From an uncultured Planctomycetales bacterium (lineage in GTDB: Bacteria > Omnitrophota > Gorgyraeia > Zapsychrales > Aceulaceae), in the NCBI GenBank assembly GCA_964648665.1, contig CAZYOA010000003.1, forward strand, positions 17,449 to 81,448: DNA of 64,000 bases, in the 5' to 3' direction. The position numbers were made by a program, and so were the translations under genes. Below the pieces are notes generated by a model, which saw only the letters and a list, made by a program, of their open reading frames with translations, was not told the DNA's origin and did no database searches. Positions 62,298 to 64,000 of this stretch are shown here, piece after piece (the first letter of the stretch is position 1; each line of letters opens with the position of its first letter).

Positions 62298-64000
62298 ATG
62301 AATACAATAACTAATATATATGATTGCATTGTCGTTGGCTCGGGTCATGCTGGTGTTGAGGCAGCTTTGGCTTCTGCAAGGATGGGGTGCAAAACTTTGA
62401 TGATCAATCTTTCCTTTGATACAATTGGGCAGATGAGCTGTAATCCTGCGATAGGTGGTGTTGGAAAAGGGCAGTTAGTTAAAGAAGTTGATGCGCTCGG
62501 AGGGGAAATGGGTAAGGCGGCTGACCAAACGGGCATTCAGTTTCGTCAGCTTAATGCATCTAAAGGTGCGGCTGTTCGTTCTTCTCGTTGCCAGTCTGAT
62601 CGAAAGCGGTATAGAGTTTATATGCAAAAAGTTGTTTCTGACCAAGAGGATTTAGAATTCTTAAGTGGAAAAGTTTCTGACTTAATTGTTGAGAATAATA
62701 TAATATCCGGTGTTTGTTTAGAGGCAGGTGAAGAGATTAAAGCAAAGACAGTTGTTTTGACTCCAGGAACATTTTTAAATGGAAAAATTCATGTTGGAAA
62801 GAAGACAATTGAAGCCGGACGCATCGATGAGTCTGCATCGAATAGCCTTGCGGATAGCTTGAAGAGACTAGGTTTTAAATTGTTAAGTTTTAAGACGGGA
62901 ACGCCGCCTCGAATCGATGGAAAAACTATTGATTTCACAGAAATGGTACGTCAAGACTCTGACGATATTCCTGTGCCATTCTCTTTTTGTCATCACGAGA
63001 TTCCAAAGACACGAAAACTTCTTTCTTGCTATATTACAGCGACAAATTTAAATACACATAAAATTATTAAAGACAATATTCATCTTTCTCCGATGTATTC
63101 TGGAAAAATTAAATCAACAGGAGTTCGTTATTGTCCTTCGATTGAAGATAAGTTAGTTAAATTTTCAAGTAAAGAAAGGCATCAGGTTTTTTTAGAACCT
63201 GAGGGATTGGATGCAGATCTTTATTATCCGAACGGAATTTCAACGGGATTGCCCGAAGACGTTCAGGAGAAGATGGTTCAGTCAATTCAGGGTTTAGAAA
63301 AAGCACGTATTACGTGTTATGGATATTCGATCGAGCATGATGTTATTAACGCTACCGAGCTTAAGGCAACTCTTGAGTCTAAGAGAATTGAAGGTCTTTT
63401 TTTTGCCGGACAAATTAACGGAACAACGGGATATGAAGAAGCTGCTGCGCAAGGTCTTATGTCTGGCATCAATGCGGCCTTGAGAGTTCAGAAAGAGAAA
63501 CCTCTTGTTCTTCGTCGAGACGAATCTTATATTGGTGTCTTGATTGATGACTTGGTCACCAAAGGGACAGAGGAACCGTATCGAATGTTTACCTCAAGAG
63601 TTGAGTATCGCTTGATTGTTCGTGAAGATAATGCAGATAAAAGAATGTTTAAACATGGATATCGTATTGGTTTAATTTCAAAAGAGCGTCATGATGAAAT
63701 TGAAGAAAAGTATAAAATCATTGATGAGCAAATTAAGCATTTGCGTCAAGCGCGTATTAATCCAGGGGAAGAAATAAATAAAGTTTTGAAGGATAATGAT
63801 AGTTCACTCCTGCGAAACACAACGTGTTTAGCTGATATTTTAAAACGACCAGGAATTTCGTATGCTATGATTTCTAGTTTCAATGGAGATTTTAAAGACT
63901 TTTCAAAACAAATCGTCGATCAGATTGAGTATGAAATTAAATATGAAGGTTTTATTGCGCGTCAGCAAAAAGATGTCGAGCGATTTAAACATTTAGAACT
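62298..64000 (+). CDS. mnmG: tRNA uridine 5-carboxymethylaminomethyl modification enzyme MnmG (3' end outside window)
   Basis: It is absent from the ORF track because it has no stop in the window. My own translation gives 'YDCIVVGSGHAGVEAALASARMGCKTLMI..TIGQMSCNPAIGGVGKGQLVKEVDALGG', 'FFAGQINGTTGYEEAAAQG' and 'EPYRMFTSRVEYRL'. Confidence 0.93.
   Translation, partial: MNTITNIYDCIVVGSGHAGVEAALASARMGCKTLMINLSFDTIGQMSCNPAIGGVGKGQLVKEVDALGGEMGKAADQTGIQFRQLNASKGAAVRSSRCQSDRKRYRVYMQKVVSDQEDLEFLSGKVSDLIVENNIISGVCLEAGEEIKAKTVVLTPGTFLNGKIHVGKKTIEAGRIDESASNSLADSLKRLGFKLLSFKTGTPPRIDGKTIDFTEMVRQDSDDIPVPFSFCHHEIPKTRKLLSCYITATNLNTHKIIKDNIHLSPMYSGKIKSTGVRYCPSIEDKLVKFSSKERHQVFLEPEGLDADLYYPNGISTGLPEDVQEKMVQSIQGLEKARITCYGYSIEHDVINATELKATLESKRIEGLFFAGQINGTTGYEEAAAQGLMSGINAALRVQKEKPLVLRRDESYIGVLIDDLVTKGTEEPYRMFTSRVEYRLIVREDNADKRMFKHGYRIGLISKERHDEIEEKYKIIDEQIKHLRQARINPGEEINKVLKDNDSSLLRNTTCLADILKRPGISYAMISSFNGDFKDFSKQIVDQIEYEIKYEGFIARQQKDVERFKHLE

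Noticed and set aside
1-64000. CRISPR arrays, transposases, integrases, restriction-modification systems or other recognisable defence systems.
   Set aside because: No regularly spaced short repeats and no ORFs with the corresponding catalytic motifs were found on either strand.

Overview
This is a 64 kb, low-GC, tightly packed bacterial chromosome segment, transcribed almost entirely on the + strand. It uses the standard genetic code: TGA is a normal stop at 5321-5323 and 14239-14241. The lineage cannot be named from sequence alone; the gene content suggests an uncultivated PVC/Omnitrophota-like bacterium, but that is a guess. Most of the window is housekeeping. It holds the pyrF 3' end, a seven-gene V-type ATPase operon (E, DUF2764-like, A, B, D, I, K), tRNA-Val and tRNA-Asp, pabB-pabC, an Lrp/aminotransferase pair, era, nth, rpsU, purH, folC, mnmE and mnmG. 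Five regions stand out. (1) At 32.5-39.7 kb a self-contained promoter-to-hairpin unit encodes two giant ORFs (917 aa and 1438 aa). They lie in one reading frame, separated by a single TGA. They contain near-identical 395-nt internal repeats, a recurrent ASSQ[M/I] junction motif, an embedded SpoT/Mesh1-like HD domain, and end domains I cannot assign to a named family. This is my best candidate for an undescribed system. (2) A soluble PRC-MgtE_N-CBS protein is translationally coupled to an Nramp homolog with Mg2+-type (NRMT-like) site substitutions. (3) An ATP-grasp/lysine-2,3-aminomutase pair sits behind an orphan promoter-terminator unit. (4) Downstream of tRNA-Asp there is a rearranged stretch with a frameshifted pilin-like gene, a tRNA 3'-end remnant and duplicated flanks. 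(5) A beta-glucan-type utilisation locus lies between mnmE and mnmG. It has a GH94 phosphorylase, a large outer-membrane protein, an ABC importer, a clan GH-A hydrolase, a LacI regulator and a novel ~120-aa module present three times. I found no CRISPR array, transposase, integrase or rRNA.
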